Made by a program: the position numbers and the translations under genes
Notes under the pieces: model-generated
Seen by the model: only the letters and a program-made list of their open reading frames with translations
Told to the model about the DNA's origin: nothing
Databases searched by the model: none
Assembly: GCA_963771355.1 (NCBI GenBank)
Contig: CAVYTA010000006.1
Coordinates: 640,001 to 704,000 of the forward strand
Source of the DNA: an uncultured Candidatus Rokubacteria bacterium
Lineage (GTDB): Bacteria > Methylomirabilota > Methylomirabilia > Rokubacteriales > CSP1-6
Length of the DNA stretch: 64,000 nucleotides
Direction of reading: 5' to 3'
In this document: in pieces, positions 60,641 through 64,000 of the stretch
How the letters are laid out: each line of letters begins with the position of its first letter
How positions within the stretch are numbered: the stretch's first letter is position 1

Positions 60641-60671
60641 AGCGCGCGGAGCAGGCCCGGCTCCGCGCGCT
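60641..60671. terminator. Hairpin after the displaced tRNA 3' end (probable original tRNA/patatin terminator)
   Basis: agcgcgcggagc-N7-gctccgcgcgct, perfect 12-bp stem. Confidence 0.65.
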
Positions 60672-60686
60672 TCGTGGTGTCTGGGA

Positions 60687-61559
60687 TCAGCCCCGCGTCG
60701 CGGGCGGCGTATCCGGCGTGGGCCGCTCCTTGTGGAAGTAGCGCTTGGCCTGATCATAGCCGCACTGGAAGAGGTACTCCTTGTCCTCCCGGGAGATGCT
60801 CAGCTGCAGGGTGTGGACGCGGTCCGCCTGGATGAGGATGGTGTCCTGCCAGAGCGGGCCCGGCACGCGCTGATTCTCGAGGGCGGTCAGCATGGTATCG
60901 AGCAGGATCTTGGCGAAGTCCCACGGCCAGAGGACGCGCTTGTCGGGGATCTCCTTGGCCTTGCGGGACGACAGCCGCAGCATCATGGTCCGGCTCGCCC
61001 CCTCGGCGCCTGGAGACGCCTGCAGCATCTCGAGACCGGCCGGGATCCAGGGCATGAGCTGGCCGTCGGCGAGCAGGCGGCCCTCCGAGCGCAGCGGCCG
61101 CCACACCCACGGAATGGCCATGGAGCAGCGCACCGCGCGGCTCACCGCCAGGTCGGGCGTGTTGGCGCGGGAAAAGAACACCGGCCGATGGCCGATGAGA
61201 TCCACCGAGATGACGAACAGATCATGAGGGAGGTCGCGAAAGCGCGCGCCCTGTACCTGCTCGTCCACCCATTTCTCGAAAGCGTTGCCGGAATAGATCC
61301 CGCCCTCGAGAAGCAGGCCCCGCAGCGAGATGTCCTTGAAGGTGCCGAAGTCCGTCTCCAGCAGCTTGGCGTAGATGCGGTCCACCGGCCAACCCGCGGC
61401 GACGAGCGCGCCCACGATGCTGCCCGCGGAGGCCCCGGCCACCGCGCCGAAGGTCACCCCCATGTCGCGGAAGGCGCTCAGCGCCCCCACATAGGCGGAC
61501 AGCCGTACGCCACCTCCTCCCATGATGAGGTTGATCTTGGTACCGGTCTCCGAGGTCAT
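60687..61559 (-). CDS. Patatin-like phospholipase
   Basis: MGGGGVR, GASAG, ADGQL. Confidence 0.85.
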   Translation of the reverse strand: MTSETGTKINLIMGGGGVRLSAYVGALSAFRDMGVTFGAVAGASAGSIVGALVAAGWPVDRIYAKLLETDFGTFKDISLRGLLLEGGIYSGNAFEKWVDEQVQGARFRDLPHDLFVISVDLIGHRPVFFSRANTPDLAVSRAVRCSMAIPWVWRPLRSEGRLLADGQLMPWIPAGLEMLQASPGAEGASRTMMLRLSSRKAKEIPDKRVLWPWDFAKILLDTMLTALENQRVPGPLWQDTILIQADRVHTLQLSISREDKEYLFQCGYDQAKRYFHKERPTPDTPPATRG

Positions 61560-61714
61560 GATCTGGCCGAATGGGCCCGGGTACGTCGCCGGGGGCCCGG
61601 CCCGCAAATCATCTCTGGAACGGCGCCACGGCGCAACAATTGCGTGGTGGAGATGGCCGGCGCCCGCCGCCGCCGCCGCGCGGGAGAGTGACGACTCATG
61701 CTAGAGTTTTACTC

Positions 61715-64000
61715 GTGATCGGCCCCAGCCGCCCGCGCTTTCGTCTCCTCGTTCTGCTCGCCCTGGTAGCGGGCGTCGCTGCCTTCTCGGGCTGTACGCA
61801 GAGCCCCGAGGTGAAGAAGCAGAAGGCCGTCGCGCGCGCGGAGGCCTTCCTCAAGAGCGGCAAGGCGAACGAAGCGATCATCGAGCTGCGGAACGCGCTC
61901 CAGGTCGACAAGGACTATGTCCCCGCCCTTCACGCGCTGGGACGCGCCTACATGGCGAAGGCCTGGTACGGGGACGCCGTCCGCGAGCTGAGCCGGGCCC
62001 AGAAGGCAGCGCCGGACCAGCTCCCGATCGCGATCGACCTGGGACGGGCGTCCGTGGAGTCGGGGAACTTCCCGGAGGCGGACAAGCAGGCCGATTTCGT
62101 CCTCTCGCGCGAGCCCCAGAACGGAGCCGCGCTCCACATCCGCGCGGCGACTCGCCTCGGCCAGGGCAAGGTCGAGGAAGCGCTCGCGGTGCTGGACGGT
62201 ATCGCCAAGGCCGGAGGGAGCGTGCCGGGCGAGACCGCGCCCCTCCGCGCGCAGGCCCTGGAGCGGCTCGGCAAGCTGGTAGCGGCGGAAGAGGCCTACC
62301 GCGCCGCGGTGAAGGAGAATCCCAAGGACGTGAAGAGCCTGGTCGGTCTCGGCTCCTTCCATCTGCGCCGCGGCGAGTTCGCCGAGGCAGAGAAGATCTA
62401 CAACCAGGCCAAGACCACTCAGCCGAACAACAGCGACGTCCAGCTCGGGCTCGCCGCCTCCGCGGCGGGCCAGGGACAGCTGGCGGCGGCTATCAAGATC
62501 CTCGAGTCGATCGAGCCGCGCGCGCGCACGCCGCGCGTCGTCCTCGCGCTCGCCGGCTACTACCTGCGGGCGAACCAGCCCACAAACGCGAGCGCCTTGC
62601 TCGTGGCCATCGTCGAGCGCGCCCCCAACTACCGGCCGGCGCGGATGCTCCTCGGGCGCGCGTACTTGCTCGGCAACCGGCCCCAGCTCGCGGTGATACA
62701 GTTCGAGGAGCTGCGCAAGCAGATGCCCGGAGACGCCTCGGTGCAGTTCCACCTCGCCCAGGCGTACGCGCGGGTGGGTCGGGCCCGGGAGGCGCTGGCC
62801 CTCCTCGAGGCGGTGGCCAAGCCGCTCGACAAGACCCCTGTTTTCCACTTCGAGCGCAGCCGGGTGCTCCTCGCGGTGGGGCGTCCGGACGACGCGTACA
62901 AGGCAGCGAGCGCCGCGCAGGCCCTCGCGCCGCAGGCCGCCCAGGCCTATCTCCTCATGGGACAGATCCGGGCCCAGCAGGGCGACCGGAAGGCGGCCCA
63001 AGCACACTTCACGAAGGCGGCTGAGATGGACGCCAGCTACGCGCCCGCCCACGTGGCGCTGGGCCGGCTGCGTGCGATGCGACAACGACGTCGAGGGGGC
63101 CCTCCAGGAGTTCGACGAGGCGATCAAGGCCGATCCCAAGTCGGTGAGCGCGGCGGTCGTCAAGGTCGATACCCTGGTCCGCCAGAAGCGAACCGGGGAG
63201 GCGATCAAGTTCGCAGAGTCCATCGTGAAGGCCGAGCCGTCGAACATCGGGTTCCGATCTCTGCTCGCGTCGCTCTACGTTCGGGACCGGCAGTTCGAGA
63301 AAGCACGCGCGGCCTACCAGGAGGCGGCCAAGCTCGCGCCCAAGGCCGCCGGGCCGCAGCTCGGGCTGGCCCGCGTCGCGCTCGCCCAGCAGAAGGACGA
63401 GGAGGCGATCCGAAACCTCCAGGCGGTGGTGAAGGCGCAGCCCGACCATCCCGAGCGCGGTGCTCCTCCTCGCCGGCATCGCCGACCGCCTGGGCCGCTA
63501 CGATCTCGCGGCCTCGACGCTGGAAGGATCGCTCAAGGTGGCGCCCGGAGCAAACGTCCCTGGCGGCGCAGTCTCGCGGAGGTGTACGTCCGGGCCGGCC
63601 GCTTCGACGACGCCATCGCGCGGGCCACCCAGATCCTGGCCCAGAATCCCGAGATGCCGGGTGTCCTCCTCATTCGCGCGCAGGCGTACATGGCCAAGCG
63701 GGATGGGGAGTCCGCGATGAAGGACCTCGCCACGGTCGTCCGCCTCAACCCCAAGGAGCCCGCCGCCCATTACTTCCTCGCGCGCGGCTACGCCGTGCAG
63801 GGGCGCATTCCCGAGGCGCAGGCGGCCTATCGCGAAGCCCTCAAGCTGAACCCGAATCTGGGCGTGGCCAAGGAGGAGCTGGCCGCCCTGTCCGGCCAGA
63901 AGCCTGACCCGGCCGGGGCCCAGAAGCGCATCGCGGCGCTACGTGCCGCCGTCGAGAAAGACCCGAAGAGCGCCAATCTGCGCGAGGCGCTCGCGAACGC
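61715..64000 (+). CDS. Large TPR-repeat lipoprotein (PrsT-like; frameshifts near 63075, 63450, 63570; runs off right edge)
   Basis: Lipobox FSGC, EAIIELRNALQ, continuous TPR units that switch frames. Confidence 0.78.

Noticed and set aside
1089..61559. Patatins or cdaA as CBASS-type defence
   Set aside because: No CD-NTase nearby; cdaA sits in the canonical cdaA-cdaR-glmM housekeeping operon.

Overview
High-GC bacterial chromosomal window. The GAF-repeat and ABC substrate-binding remnants resemble Ca. Rokubacteria/Methylomirabilota, but this is inference. 1-37.9 kb is core genome: btpA, patatin, aroQ, an ECF sigma fused to a TM/exported domain, a carboxyltransferase, a two-riboswitch corrinoid uptake/salvage cluster (cobS-cobC; cobU-cobT-btuFCD; btuB-cbiZ-tonB-cbiB-cobQ), argS, hpt-ftsH-folP-cdaA-cdaR-glmM-acpS-nnr-tsaE, radC and pyrD. 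38-60.6 kb is a mobile-element hotspot around one tRNA-Val(CAC) gene (58226-58301), which is hit from both ends. (i) A 14.3-kb phage-satellite-like element (xis-like gene, AEP primase-DnaB helicase, Rep-like gene, TerL, tyrosine integrase, no recognisable portal/capsid/tail) is bounded by a duplication of the tRNA 5' half, with decayed relatives upstream. (ii) A 2.3-kb integrase-less islet is bounded by a duplication of the tRNA 3' 13 bp and carries a PAP2-ICMT fusion gene. The window ends with a patatin and a TPR lipoprotein. Many indels occur, so frameshifts may be decay or consensus errors. All calls come from motif recognition by eye; no searches were run.
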